Shown: positions 44,960 through 55,286, counted from the stretch's first letter. The stretch: DNA of 64,000 nucleotides from an uncultured Eubacteriales bacterium (GCA_964406575.1 CAYOSH010000003.1:64447-128446), one strand, 5' to 3'. Notes: generated from the letters alone by a model not told the origin. Translations and numbers: made by a program.

Positions 44960-45627
44960 TGATCCAAATCGCTCCGTCGATCCTTTCCGCTGATTTTACA
45001 AGAATCGCAGACGCCGTGAAGATGGCCGAAGATGCCGGGGCAGATCTCATCCACGTGGATGTCATGGATGGCCACTTTGTGCCCAACCTCACCTTCGGTC
45101 CACAGGTGGTCGCTGCTCTGAAAGGCAAAACAACTCTCCCTCTGGATGTCCATCTCATGGTTGAAGATCCAGGCTTATTCATTCCCCTCTTTCAGGAAGC
45201 AGGCGCGGACTGGATATCGATCCAAATCGAGGCTTCCGTCCACCTCCAAAAGCACATCCAGCGCATCAAAGATAAAGGCCAGCGGGCAGGTCTTGCGCTC
45301 AATCCAGCCACCCCCATCCATTTCATGAACGAAATCATCCAGGAGCTCGACTTCGTTCTCCTAATGACAGTCAACCCGGGCTGGGGAGGCCAGGAATTCA
45401 TCGAATTTTGTCACAAAAAGATAGCCAATTTGAAGAATTGGCTCACAGGGCAGAAGCTGGAAATCCCGATAGAAGTCGACGGCGGGATCAAAATGAACAA
45501 TTTGGAAGAAGTCGTCCACGATGGGGCTGACATCATCGTCATGGGCTCTGGAATTTACAAAGAGGCAAATCCTCTGGAAGTCATCAAGACTGCGAAAGCT
45601 CTGGCGCGAAAGTGCGAAGAATCATGA
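44959..45627 (+). CDS. rpe: Ribulose-phosphate 3-epimerase
   Basis: IAPSILSADF, HVDVMDGHFVPNLTFG, MTVNPGWGGQ. Confidence 0.93.
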   Translation: MIQIAPSILSADFTRIADAVKMAEDAGADLIHVDVMDGHFVPNLTFGPQVVAALKGKTTLPLDVHLMVEDPGLFIPLFQEAGADWISIQIEASVHLQKHIQRIKDKGQRAGLALNPATPIHFMNEIIQELDFVLLMTVNPGWGGQEFIEFCHKKIANLKNWLTGQKLEIPIEVDGGIKMNNLEEVVHDGADIIVMGSGIYKEANPLEVIKTAKALARKCEES

Positions 45628-46568
45628 ATTGTCTAGTCACAGGTGCAGCCGGATTCATCGGGTCCCATCTGTCTCAACGGCTTATCCAAGAGGGATTTTC
45701 GGTTCTTGGCATCGACAGTCTTACCGATTATTATCCCAAATGGATCAAGGAAAAAAATCTCTCTCCCCTGAAGAAAGAGAACAATTTTTCCTTCCTCGAG
45801 GAAGACATCAACACTCTCGACCTGAGCCGACTTCTGCAAAAAACTGATTACGTATTTCACCTCGCGGCCCAAGCTGGGGTGAGAGCAAGCTGGGGACAGA
45901 ATTTTTGCGAATATATCCGCAACAACATCGAGGCTACCCAGAGACTCCTTGAAGAATCGAAGGATCTGCCCCTAAAAAAATTTATTTACGCCTCTTCCTC
46001 TTCGGTTTATGGGTATTGTCCTGAACTCCCTATGTCAGAAACAAGTCCTCTCCACCCCTATTCTCCCTATGGAGTCACCAAGCTCGCTGCAGAAAACCTA
46101 TGCTATCTTTACTTCAAAAACTACTGTGTCCCCACCGTATCTTTACGTTTTTTCACAGTCTATGGACCAGGACAACGTCCAGACATGGCATTTCATAAAT
46201 TTTTCAAATCTGCAATAGACAACAAGCCCATCACTGTTTTTGGTACAGGAAAACAAACAAGAGATTTCACCTATATCGATGATATCATAGACGCTATTTT
46301 TTCCTGTATCGAGCATGGTCCAACAGGAGAAACCTACAACCTGGGCGGAGGGAGCAGAAAAATATTGGAGGATCTCTTCCCTCTTTTCGAAGAGATCTGT
46401 GCAAAAAAAAATCGTATCAAATGGGAAGAACAACAAAAGGGAGACGTCCTTCATACATTGGCGGATATCCAGAAAGCGAGGAAAAATCTGGGGTACAACC
46501 CACAGACACGGATCGATGAGGGACTGCGCGAAGAATGGAAGTGGGTTAAAAATCTCTATTCTCCCTAA
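45624..46568 (+). CDS. NAD-dependent epimerase/dehydratase (extended SDR; UDP-sugar epimerase/decarboxylase-like)
   Basis: Start moved to MNCLVTGAAGFIGSHL (ATGA overlap with rpe). Catalytic YGVTKLAAE (YxxxK). Confidence 0.85.
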   Translation: MNCLVTGAAGFIGSHLSQRLIQEGFSVLGIDSLTDYYPKWIKEKNLSPLKKENNFSFLEEDINTLDLSRLLQKTDYVFHLAAQAGVRASWGQNFCEYIRNNIEATQRLLEESKDLPLKKFIYASSSSVYGYCPELPMSETSPLHPYSPYGVTKLAAENLCYLYFKNYCVPTVSLRFFTVYGPGQRPDMAFHKFFKSAIDNKPITVFGTGKQTRDFTYIDDIIDAIFSCIEHGPTGETYNLGGGSRKILEDLFPLFEEICAKKNRIKWEEQQKGDVLHTLADIQKARKNLGYNPQTRIDEGLREEWKWVKNLYSP

Positions 46569-46580
46569 GGAAATAGGATT

Positions 46581-47381
46581 ATGCTATTGAAAAACAACAC
46601 ATTCAGATTTGGAAAAATCATACCCTATGGGATTCTCATCCTGTGTATCCTCTTTTCAGTGAGCTGCAAAAAAAACGAGGTAGCGATCGATCCTGAGATC
46701 GCTTCGAACGATGAGCTTCTCTTCAATTTGGGAATGGAATCCATCGAAAAAGACCCCGAAAAAGGGCGGCTTTACCTGCGACAAGTCATCGACTCCTTTC
46801 CAAAGAGTTTTTATGCACAGAGAGCCAAATTGGCTATTGCCGATTCGTATTATGAAAAGGGAGACGAGGGAAGCATGATCATCGCAGCCTCTGAATACAG
46901 AGAATTCATTTCTCTGTTTCCTCTCAGTCCCTCTGCATCTTATGCCCAATACCAGATCGGAATGACATTCTACAAAAAGGCCTTGAAGCCCGGCCGGGAC
47001 CAGACCAAAACAGAACAGGCATTGGCCGAATTCAAGAAAGTCATCACCACTTACCCTTTGAGTGACGAAGCCAAACAGACAGAGGAAAAGATCAAGGACT
47101 GTGAGGAGCGTTTGGCCGCACACACACTCAGTATCGGTGAGCTGTATTATAAGAGAGCCGCTTACAAAGCAGCGACAAGCCGTTTGATCGAGTTACTCAC
47201 AGCGTATCCGAGTTATTCAGAGATGGATAAAGTCTATTTTTATCTCGGTGATTCCTATTACAAATGGAATAAAATCGAAGAAAGTATCCCCTATTTTCGG
47301 AAACTTATAACAGATTTCCCTCAGAGCGAGTACGCGAAAAAAGCCACCGAAAGAATGGAGGAGATCGAAAAACAAACATAA
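46581..47381 (+). CDS. bamD: Outer-membrane protein assembly factor BamD-like TPR lipoprotein
   Basis: Signal peptide with Cys (LFSVSCKK). TPR-like repeats with BamD-style motifs (FPKSFYAQRAKLAIADSYY, FPLSPSASYAQYQIGMTFY, YPLSDEA, FPQSEYAKKA). Confidence 0.7.
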   Translation: MLLKNNTFRFGKIIPYGILILCILFSVSCKKNEVAIDPEIASNDELLFNLGMESIEKDPEKGRLYLRQVIDSFPKSFYAQRAKLAIADSYYEKGDEGSMIIAASEYREFISLFPLSPSASYAQYQIGMTFYKKALKPGRDQTKTEQALAEFKKVITTYPLSDEAKQTEEKIKDCEERLAAHTLSIGELYYKRAAYKAATSRLIELLTAYPSYSEMDKVYFYLGDSYYKWNKIEESIPYFRKLITDFPQSEYAKKATERMEEIEKQT

Positions 47382-47427
47382 GGGGAAAGTGTCAAAGTTG
47401 TGAATCTTGTGTAATGTGGAGGTCAAA

Positions 47428-48225
47428 ATGAATTTAAAACGCTGTATTTTTATTGCCATTCTGATGCTGTTTGTATTCTCCAGCATATCTTATTCCCAAG
47501 TTGAAACGCCGGAATATTCAAACAGCAAAAAGTGGAGTACAGGGCTGGGCTTCGAATATTTCAAAAGCACTATAAGTTGGGAAGATGACAGTCTTGTCTC
47601 GCCACTCAAGTCGTATTTGATGAGCTTCCATATCAACTATGAGATCATAGATGGATTGAATCTGGGTGCGATCGTCGGCTATGCGTCATCCGATTACGAA
47701 TCCCTCATCTTTAGTGAATTGCCCGTATCCTTGGAGCTGGATAAAGGAGCAATCGGAGGGTTCCTTTTTGGTGGAGAAGTGGTATTCACCTTCTACAGGA
47801 CAGATAATTTTGATGTTAGCGTGATGGGTCAGTACATCTATTACAAAGGCGGACAAAAGCAATGGGAGATCCCAGGGCTTGCAGTCGATGGGACCGCCAC
47901 TGGAAAACCAAAATGGTCGAGAGTGATCCTGGGGGGGACCTTCAGATTTTTGGCTACGGAACCCTTTTATCCCTACCTATCCCTCGCTTACAGCCCCCTC
48001 TGGGGAACATTTTCGATGGAAGAATCCATCCAGACCCTGAACAGGACAGAAGAAAAGAAAATATCCCGCAAAGGCAATTTATTGATAGGTCTAGGCGGGA
48101 TCTACGAATTCTCGGATTCCTTCAGCCTTATACTGGAAGCCGATCTCGTCCCCTACAGCGGCGGCGATAATTATAATGGGGGCGTTGATTTTGGCGCAGC
48201 ACTCAGGATTATGTATTCATTCTAA
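47428..48225 (+). CDS. Small outer-membrane beta-barrel protein
   Basis: Signal MNLKRCIFIAILMLFVFSSISYSQ, alternating beta-strand pattern, and C-terminal ...RIMYSF. Confidence 0.6.
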   Translation: MNLKRCIFIAILMLFVFSSISYSQVETPEYSNSKKWSTGLGFEYFKSTISWEDDSLVSPLKSYLMSFHINYEIIDGLNLGAIVGYASSDYESLIFSELPVSLELDKGAIGGFLFGGEVVFTFYRTDNFDVSVMGQYIYYKGGQKQWEIPGLAVDGTATGKPKWSRVILGGTFRFLATEPFYPYLSLAYSPLWGTFSMEESIQTLNRTEEKKISRKGNLLIGLGGIYEFSDSFSLILEADLVPYSGGDNYNGGVDFGAALRIMYSF

Positions 48226-48243
48226 TGTGAACCGGAGGAGACT

Positions 48244-49605
48244 ATGAGAAAGAAAAAACTGATCTTTGTGGGTACCATACTGTTTATCCTTTCCATGTCA
48301 ATGAGTTTCACAGATGTCACGAAGGATAAACGCATTCGGAGAATCATCAACCCTTCCCGTCAAGATATCTCTTCATCAAAACACAGTTATCATCACCGAA
48401 GTAACCGGCACCTGTATGCCTCCGGCGAGGTCCTTGTCAAGTTCAGGCCGACTCTTTCTGACAACGAAGCGGAAGCTCTCATCGGAGTCTATCAATCCCG
48501 AAAGATAAAAAAGATTCTAGGACTGAATGTCTATCAGATCCAGATCCCTGAGAACATAACTGTCGCAGAAATGGTCGAGACGCTCCACCGAAATCCTGAT
48601 GTAGAATTCGTAGAGCCGAACTACATTGCGCGGATAACAGCGACACCCAATGATTCTTTGTTCCAATACCAGTACGCTCTCCACAACACTGGCCAGTCCA
48701 TTGGTGTCCCCGGCAGTCCCTCTGGCACAGAAAGGGCTGATATCAAAGCTCCAGAAGGCTGGGAAGGAACAAAAGGCACAGGAGACACAGTGATCGCTAT
48801 CCTGGATACGGGTGTTGACCTCCTTCATCCAGACCTGCAAAGTAAAGTTGTATCCGGGGGACGAGACTTCGTCAACGACGACTTTGATGCCACGGACGAC
48901 CACTGGCATGGAACCCATGTTGCGGGGATCGCTGCCGCAGAGACAAACAACACGGAAGGGATCGCCGGAGTCGCTTGGAACTGTAAAATTCTCCCCGTAA
49001 AAGTCTTGGATGAAGATGGGCAGGGTTACTACTCTTGGATCGCAGAAGGAATCCGATGGGCCACTGATGAGGGAGCCGATGTCATCAACATGAGCTTTGG
49101 TGGCTCTTCTGAAGCCTCTATACTAGCCCAAGCTCTGTCCTATGCCAAGAGTGCCGGAGTTGTCTGTGTCGCTTCGGCCGGAAACGATGATGATTTTGTA
49201 TATTATCCCGCGGCTTACGACGAGTACTGCCTTGCTGTTGCTGCCACCGACTATGACGATTTACGGCCAGACTGGTCTAATCCTGGACCCGAGGTCGATG
49301 TGGCGGCTCCAGGAACAAGGATCATCAGTTGTGTTCCCACTTGGTATTGGGGACCCGGTTCTCTGCCCTACGGATATGCAGGCGGAACGTCCCAGGCAGC
49401 CCCGCATGTGGCCGGCCTGGCTGCGCTGATCAAAGACCTCAAGCCCTGGTTGCGCGTAGATGAGATCATGGATGTCATCCGCTACACAGCCGAGGACATC
49501 AACAGCGGAAGCGCCCCTGGATTCGATAATTATATCGGATACGGCCGCATAAACATGGACACTGCTCTGGTTCCCATTAAGCTCACAGCCTCTACCAGGA
49601 AGTGA
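48244..49605 (+). CDS. Secreted S8 (subtilisin-family) serine peptidase
   Basis: Signal peptide and inhibitor-I9-like propeptide. Catalytic triad motifs AILDTGV, HGTHVAGIAAA and GGTSQAAPHVAG. Confidence 0.88.
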   Translation: MRKKKLIFVGTILFILSMSMSFTDVTKDKRIRRIINPSRQDISSSKHSYHHRSNRHLYASGEVLVKFRPTLSDNEAEALIGVYQSRKIKKILGLNVYQIQIPENITVAEMVETLHRNPDVEFVEPNYIARITATPNDSLFQYQYALHNTGQSIGVPGSPSGTERADIKAPEGWEGTKGTGDTVIAILDTGVDLLHPDLQSKVVSGGRDFVNDDFDATDDHWHGTHVAGIAAAETNNTEGIAGVAWNCKILPVKVLDEDGQGYYSWIAEGIRWATDEGADVINMSFGGSSEASILAQALSYAKSAGVVCVASAGNDDDFVYYPAAYDEYCLAVAATDYDDLRPDWSNPGPEVDVAAPGTRIISCVPTWYWGPGSLPYGYAGGTSQAAPHVAGLAALIKDLKPWLRVDEIMDVIRYTAEDINSGSAPGFDNYIGYGRINMDTALVPIKLTASTRK

Positions 49606-49743
49606 TGCTCTTTTTGAGACAGCAACCTGACTCAAAATCCGGATATTCGGAATGTGCAGTTCTCATAATGCGCAGAGGGTGAAGTTTATTCATCATTTAA
49701 ATCACCCTTTACTCGAAATGCCTTACGATTTACGATATATACA

Positions 49744-51435
49744 ATGATCAGGTCGCTCCGCATCCAGAATCTCGCAACGATCGAAGACCTGGAACTGGAT
49801 TTCGAAGAGGGTTTTTCTATACTCACCGGGGAAACAGGCGTGGGAAAATCCATCATTATCGGAGGCATCCTGCTCGTCCTTGGAGAAAAGGGTACCAAGG
49901 ACATGATCCGGACAGGTGAGAAGGAGATATCCGTCGAGGCTATTTTCCAGGGAGAGGAAAAAAGCAAGCCCTTTCACTCTCAATTTCCAGAATCAGAAGA
50001 AGGAATCTTTATTCAGCGCAAAATATCAGAGAAGAAAGCGGGAAAGGGTTATATCAACGGAACGTTAATTCCTATTAAAAGACTCAAGGATATCAGCCAT
50101 TTCCTGGTCGATATCTACGGCCAGAACGATCATGTTTTTCTTCAAAAGACCGAGTATCAATTGGATTATCTCGATTCTTACGCAAACGCATTTCCTCTCA
50201 GAAGGGAACTCTCTCTGTTGACAAACGAACTCAAGCGTCTTGTGAAAGAGAAAAGGGAGCTCGAACAGAAGGAAAGAGATAGAGAACAGCGCCTCGATTT
50301 TCTCGAATTCCAGATCAATGAAATCGAGAAGGCCCAGCTCGTTCGCGGAGAGGAAGAAGAGCTCCGCCAAGAACGGAATATCCTAAAAAATGCGGAAAAA
50401 ATCCGTGTCCTCGTTGAAGAGGCAATGGAGATCGCCGACAACGAGGAGAACTCCATATCTTCATTGCTTTCTCGACTCCAGAGCATATCCCAAGAGCTCA
50501 GCGCTTACGCTCAGGAGTTCAAGGAGACACATGATGCCATCAGCCAATTTGCCATCACGATCAGGGAATTTTCCAATTTCTTGATAGACTTCAACGATAA
50601 GCAATCAGCACCGGCAGAGACTCTGGAAACACTGGAAGAGCGCCTCAGCAAAATCGAAGACCTGAAACGTAAATACGGCAACAGCATCGAAGAGATCCTT
50701 TCACACCTCGAGCGGGCCAAAAGAGAGTGCGAGGAACTGAGCAAGAGTCAAGAAAAATTGGATGGTTTGGAAAAAAAGGTCTTCTCGATATTTGATGAAT
50801 ACAAAAACAAAGCCCACGAACTGTGTTCTCTGAGAAGCCAATGCGCCCATGACTTGGAGAAGAAGATCGAAGTTGAGATCGGCAATCTGGGTATGAGGAA
50901 AGCGAAGTTCAAGATCGCGATCACCTCACACACTCCAGATTCCACACAAAAACATGCTTTAAAAAATACAGGAACAGAGGACATAGAATTTCTCATGAGT
51001 ACAAATCCTGGCGAGAACCCGAAGCCTCTCCGCAAGATCGCCTCGGGGGGAGAGCTCTCCCGTATCATGCTCGCGCTCAAATCCATCGGGAAAGATACAG
51101 AGATAAACAAGACTCTGATCTTCGATGAAATCGATTCGGGTATCGGCGGCAAGACAGCAGAGTTTATCGCAAAAAAACTCAAAGATCTATCCAAAGCGAA
51201 TCAGGTCATCTGTATTACTCATCTCCCCCAGATCGCCTCCTTCGCCACACACCAATATAAGATTGAGAAGACTATCAAGAAAGATAGGACATTCACCACA
51301 GTGAAAAAGCTCTCCTTTGAGGAAAGGATCAGAGAGATCGCAAGATTATCAGCGGGAAGCCACATCACACAGGCTGCTCTTCAAAACGCAAAGGAGATGC
51401 TCCGGCGCAACCTCCAGTTGAATAGGAGGGAATAG
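49744..51435 (+). CDS. recN: DNA repair protein RecN
   Basis: N-terminal Walker A TGETGVGKS, a long coiled coil, and a C-terminal ASGGELSRIMLALK signature followed by LIFDEIDSGIGG. Confidence 0.92.
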   Translation: MIRSLRIQNLATIEDLELDFEEGFSILTGETGVGKSIIIGGILLVLGEKGTKDMIRTGEKEISVEAIFQGEEKSKPFHSQFPESEEGIFIQRKISEKKAGKGYINGTLIPIKRLKDISHFLVDIYGQNDHVFLQKTEYQLDYLDSYANAFPLRRELSLLTNELKRLVKEKRELEQKERDREQRLDFLEFQINEIEKAQLVRGEEEELRQERNILKNAEKIRVLVEEAMEIADNEENSISSLLSRLQSISQELSAYAQEFKETHDAISQFAITIREFSNFLIDFNDKQSAPAETLETLEERLSKIEDLKRKYGNSIEEILSHLERAKRECEELSKSQEKLDGLEKKVFSIFDEYKNKAHELCSLRSQCAHDLEKKIEVEIGNLGMRKAKFKIAITSHTPDSTQKHALKNTGTEDIEFLMSTNPGENPKPLRKIASGGELSRIMLALKSIGKDTEINKTLIFDEIDSGIGGKTAEFIAKKLKDLSKANQVICITHLPQIASFATHQYKIEKTIKKDRTFTTVKKLSFEERIREIARLSAGSHITQAALQNAKEMLRRNLQLNRRE

Positions 51436-51439
51436 AGAT

Positions 51440-51642
51440 GGGACCGTTGGCGGCGGGCTCAATACAAAGACCGTTTTCCGAACAATTGGTTCGAGGACGG
51501 ATCACTAAATCGGATCTGTTCATTCGGAGAAGGGAGATGATCTATTGCCGTCCAGCCCTTCTCGCAGTTTTCTCCACTACACAATTGAGACACTCCATAA
51601 CGCAACTTGTGTTCATACGATCATGGATTTAGGGATGCTTGC
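51440..51642 (+). mobile_element. MITE-like repeat, family B copy (B1, ~203 bp; left boundary approximate)
   Basis: Starts 5 nt after the recN stop with GGGACCGTTGG (compare B2 GGGATCGTTTCC). Shares the cores GTCCAGCCCTTCTCGCAGTTTTCTCCAC and ACACAATTGAGACACTCCATAACGCAA with other B copies. Ends GATCATGGATTTAGGGATGCTTGC. Confidence 0.7.
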
Positions 51643-51727
51643 AATGTTTTTTCACTTCTTGTGTTTCTAGCAATCTGCGAGTAATTATATTATATTAGTG
51701 GACCTGTTGCAGAGAAAACACACCTCA

Positions 51728-53059
51728 ATGAAAATACAACACCCACGATTGGGCAATAAAAAATTCACCATCCATACTTTTGGATGCCAGATGAACGAAA
51801 ACGATTCCGAGCGGATATCGGGGATGCTAAAGGCAGAAGGCGCTCATCTAGAGGAATCGGTCGAAAACAGTGATATCGTCATCATCAACACCTGCGCAGT
51901 TCGTCAAAAATCCGAAGAAAAACTCTACTCTTTTCTGGGACGCTTGGGAGACCTCAAAAGAAAAAGAGACATCGCAGTCGGAGTTGTGGGGTGTGTGGCA
52001 CAGCTCTATCGCGCTGGACTGCTCGATCAGAGTCCCGCTATAGATTTTGTTATGGGCCCAGACAACTATGGACACATCCCGGATATCCTCATAAACCAGA
52101 CAAATGAAAAGATCGTCTCCACTCAGTGGAGTAGAGCATGGCAAGAAATCCCATTTTCCAAGATCCACAGAAAAGGAAAAACAAGCGCTTATGTGACCAT
52201 CATGGAGGGATGCAACAATTTTTGTACCTATTGCGTTGTCCCTTTTACAAGAGGAGGTGAAAAACATCGTCCAGAACGGAACATCATTGACGAGATCAGG
52301 CAATTGGCGCAGGAGGGGTATCTTGAAATTCAACTCCTCGGTCAGAATGTGAACTCTTACAAAGACCCTGAAACAGGCACAAGTTTTGAGCACCTTCTCA
52401 AAGAAGTAAACTCCGTGGAAGCGATTCAATGGATCCGGTTTCTGACATCTCATCCCAAAGATCTGCCATTCAGTCTTGCCCAGACCATGCGGAAAATCCC
52501 AAAGATCTGCCGCCAGCTTCATCTCCCCTTACAATCTGGTTCCTCTGCCATCCTCAAAAAGATGAACAGAGGATACACAAAAGAAGAATATCTCGAACGA
52601 ATCCAGATGTTACGCTCTGAAATGCCAGATATGAGCTTCAGCACGGATATCATTGTCGGTTTTCCGGGAGAGACAGAGAATGACTTTGAGCAGACTCTCG
52701 AAGTCCTCAAAAAAGTCCATTTCACCAACATCTTTTCTTTCCGCTATTCTCCCCGTCCGCTCACGGCGGCCGCCAAGATCGAAGACTCTGTTCCTTTTGA
52801 AGTTAAAAAGCAAAGGCTTTTGGATGTCCAGGATGTTCAAAGGCAAATCCAACTGGAAAACAACTCCTCCTTAATCGGGAAAACGATCAAAGTACTCTGT
52901 CTAGGGAAAAGTAAAAAAGACACGCAAAGATATTCAGGACGGACAGAAGCCTATAAAGTGGTGAATTTCCACTCCAAACACGATGTCATCGGCCAATTTG
53001 TCGAAGTTCATGTTACCTCATGCGGGCCGTACTCGCTCCACGGTGAAATCCCATCATGA
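51728..53059 (+). CDS. miaB: tRNA-2-methylthio-N6-dimethylallyladenosine synthase
   Basis: Start moved to MKIQHPRLGNKKFTIHTFGCQMN. Radical-SAM motif CNNFCTYC and a C-terminal TRAM domain. Confidence 0.9.
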   Translation: MKIQHPRLGNKKFTIHTFGCQMNENDSERISGMLKAEGAHLEESVENSDIVIINTCAVRQKSEEKLYSFLGRLGDLKRKRDIAVGVVGCVAQLYRAGLLDQSPAIDFVMGPDNYGHIPDILINQTNEKIVSTQWSRAWQEIPFSKIHRKGKTSAYVTIMEGCNNFCTYCVVPFTRGGEKHRPERNIIDEIRQLAQEGYLEIQLLGQNVNSYKDPETGTSFEHLLKEVNSVEAIQWIRFLTSHPKDLPFSLAQTMRKIPKICRQLHLPLQSGSSAILKKMNRGYTKEEYLERIQMLRSEMPDMSFSTDIIVGFPGETENDFEQTLEVLKKVHFTNIFSFRYSPRPLTAAAKIEDSVPFEVKKQRLLDVQDVQRQIQLENNSSLIGKTIKVLCLGKSKKDTQRYSGRTEAYKVVNFHSKHDVIGQFVEVHVTSCGPYSLHGEIPS

Positions 53060-53166
53060 TCCTCCCGGCTCAAGATGTTCTTCAAAGAGAAGCCTATTCA
53101 AGTCAAAAAATCAGCTAATCTACAAGTCGATGGGGAGACCATCACTATGGATGTCTATAAAAAGTA

Positions 53167-53246
53167 GGAAGAATTTTTAATTCCTTGATTGTATGAATAT
53201 AAATGCGTTATTGAGCGTCCCTCTTCACGGATTTGGAAATGCTTCC
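53167..53246. mobile_element. 80-bp mini-copy of the repeat superfamily
   Basis: GGAAGAATTTTTAATTCCTTGAT (compare A2 GGAAGAATCCTTATTTCCGTGAT) ... TTCACGGATTTGGAAATGCTTCC (identical over 18 nt to the B2 terminus). Flanking 9-mers match only 5/9. Confidence 0.6.
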
Positions 53247-53262
53247 CTGATAGTAAATTTGA

Positions 53263-53291
53263 TTGAAAAGTCCTTGCATTTGTGCTATAAA
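53263..53291 (+). promoter_or_regulatory. Sigma-70-type promoter candidate for hppA
   Basis: TTGAAA-17 nt-TATAAA, ~30 nt upstream of the hppA ATG and immediately downstream of the mini-repeat. Confidence 0.45.
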
Positions 53292-53320
53292 GTTTTAAAT
53301 TTTTTTTAAAGGAACTGAAT

Positions 53321-55285
53321 ATGCCGTTACTCGATTTGATCCCCTATTCCTTCATCATCGGGCTCATCGGCTTGATGATCGCGATTTCCATATATTTTTT
53401 AGTCAAAAGCTACCCCAAGGGCAGTGTAACCATGCAAGAGATCGCGGAAGCCATTCATTCCGGAGCGATGGTTTTTCTAAGGAGAGAATATCTTTTTATT
53501 TCAATTTTTGTTGTGGTTGTGTTTCTTGTCCTTTGGAGACTCTTTTCCGTATACACAAGCCTGGCTTTCATCACTGGGGCCAGTTGCTCGATGCTGGCAG
53601 GATTTATAGGGATGAAGGCCTCAACACGGGCAGCCGTAAGGGTGACTCAAGCAGCCATATCCGATGGAGCTGCAAAAGCGCTGACTATTGCTTTTCAAGG
53701 TGGGGCGGTCATGGGAATATCTGTTGCCGCCCTGGGAGTTGCAGGAATCAGCATCTTCTATTTTTTCACTAGAAATCCCATTATTATTAATGGTTTCGCT
53801 ATGGGAGCCAGTTCTGTCGCTCTGTTCGCTCGCGTGGGAGGAGGGATCTTCACAAAAAGCGCCGATGTGGGCGCGGACCTTGTCGGCAAAGTAGAGGCTG
53901 GCATTCCGGAAGATGATCCCCGAAATCCGGGAGTTATTGCAGATAACGTGGGGGATAACGTGGGTGATACAGCGGGCATGGGTGCAGACCTCTTCGAATC
54001 CTATGTGGGATCAGTCATTGCATCGATGGCCCTTGGCGCAACACTAACGCCCGCGTTGAACCATATGTCCCTGCCTCTTCTCCTTATTGTCGTAGGGCTT
54101 TTCAGCTCACTCATCGGGGTATTTTCTATAAAAATATTGAAGAATTTCCACCCCCAATCCGCTTTAAGGAATTCAACATACATCAGTGCTCTCCTGTTTG
54201 TTGCGGGAGCTTTTTTCTGTGTGAAAGCCCTTTTGGGAAATCTGGATATATTCTTCGCGGTTGTGAGTGGCATGTTCGCTGGGGTGCTTATCGGACTCGA
54301 GAGCGAATACTTCACTTCCGGTCCTCCCATAAAAACTCTGGCGAAAACCGCTCAAACGGGCAGTGCCCCCACCATCATCATGGGATTGGCCATCGGTTTT
54401 CAGAGTACAATTCTTCCCCTTCTCACCATCGCTGCAGCGATATTTGTATCCTATAGACTCGGTGGACTTTACGGAATAGCCCTCGCTGCTGTGGGGATGC
54501 TCTCGACCATTGGGATCGTCATGACGACCGACTCTTACGGACCCATAGCAGACAATGCCGGTGGAATAGCCGAAATGTCGCATGCCGGCACTGAAATCCG
54601 AAAGATCACAGATAAGCTTGATGCTTCTGGAAACACGACTGCGGCCGTAGGGAAGGGTTTCGCTATAGGGTCTGCGGCTCTCACCGCACTCGCCCTTTTC
54701 TCGGCGTATCAAAAAACGACCGGCCTTTCATCCATAAGCTTGACGAATGTGGAAACAGTCATTGGTCTCCTCATCGGCGCACTAATGCCTTTTGCCATCT
54801 CCTCTTTCACTTTAAAAGCTGTAGGACGGGCGGCGGATAAAATGGTGACAGAGATCCGAAGACAGTTCAGAGAAACCAAGGGGCTCATGGAAGGTGATGT
54901 CAAACCTGATTCTGACCGCTGTATCAATATTGTAACCCACAGCGCTTTGATCGAGATGATCCTTCCCGGCCTTCTCGCTGTGATTACGCCTCTTCTTATC
55001 GGATTCCTCATAGGACCGGAATCACTGGGTGGTTTCCTAGCAGGAGCGACAGCCACCGGTGTGCTCTTAGCCATTTTTATGGCGAACGCAGGCGCGGCAT
55101 GGGATAACGCCAAAAAGTGGATCGAAGAAGGAAATCTGGGCGGGAAAGGGACCGCGGTTCACGCCGCTGCTGTAATCGGTGATACCGTAGGAGACCCCTT
55201 GAAGGATACCTCCGGTCCTTCCATGAATATATTGATTAAGCTCATGGCTGTTGTCAGCCTTGTCTTTGCTCCACTCATTCTTTAA
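53321..55285 (+). CDS. hppA: Membrane-integral pyrophosphate-energised cation pump (K+-dependent signature)
   Basis: 654 aa and polytopic. GGG(I)[25 protein letters not shown], and [10 protein letters not shown], where Ala (not Lys) sits in the GNTT(A/K)A motif. Confidence 0.92.
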   Translation: MPLLDLIPYSFIIGLIGLMIAISIYFLVKSYPKGSVTMQEIAEAIHSGAMVFLRREYLFISIFVVVVFLVLWRLFSVYTSLAFITGASCSMLAGFIGMKASTRAAVRVTQAAISDGAAKALTIAFQGGAVMGISVAALGVAGISIFYFFTRNPIIINGFAMGASSVALFARVGGGIFTKSADVGADLVGKVEAGIPEDDPRNPGVIADNVGDNVGDTAGMGADLFESYVGSVIASMALGATLTPALNHMSLPLLLIVVGLFSSLIGVFSIKILKNFHPQSALRNSTYISALLFVAGAFFCVKALLGNLDIFFAVVSGMFAGVLIGLESEYFTSGPPIKTLAKTAQTGSAPTIIMGLAIGFQSTILPLLTIAAAIFVSYRLGGLYGIALAAVGMLSTIGIVMTTDSYGPIADNAGGIAEMSHAGTEIRKITDKLDASGNTTAAVGKGFAIGSAALTALALFSAYQKTTGLSSISLTNVETVIGLLIGALMPFAISSFTLKAVGRAADKMVTEIRRQFRETKGLMEGDVKPDSDRCINIVTHSALIEMILPGLLAVITPLLIGFLIGPESLGGFLAGATATGVLLAIFMANAGAAWDNAKKWIEEGNLGGKGTAVHAAAVIGDTVGDPLKDTSGPSMNILIKLMAVVSLVFAPLIL

Positions 55286-55286
55286 A

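Noticed and set aside
49690-49743. A tandem TTACGAT TTACGAT directly upstream of recN, considered as an SOS/LexA operator.
   Set aside because: It does not resemble any LexA box consensus I know (CTGT-N8-ACAG, GAAC-N4-GTTC and others), and it occurs only once. It cannot be supported without a lexA regulon comparison.
53075-53167. A 30-aa ORF (MFFKEKPIQVKKSANLQVDGETITMDVYKK) just after miaB.
   Set aside because: It has no RBS and no recognisable family, and it ends at the edge of the mini-repeat. There is insufficient evidence for a gene.
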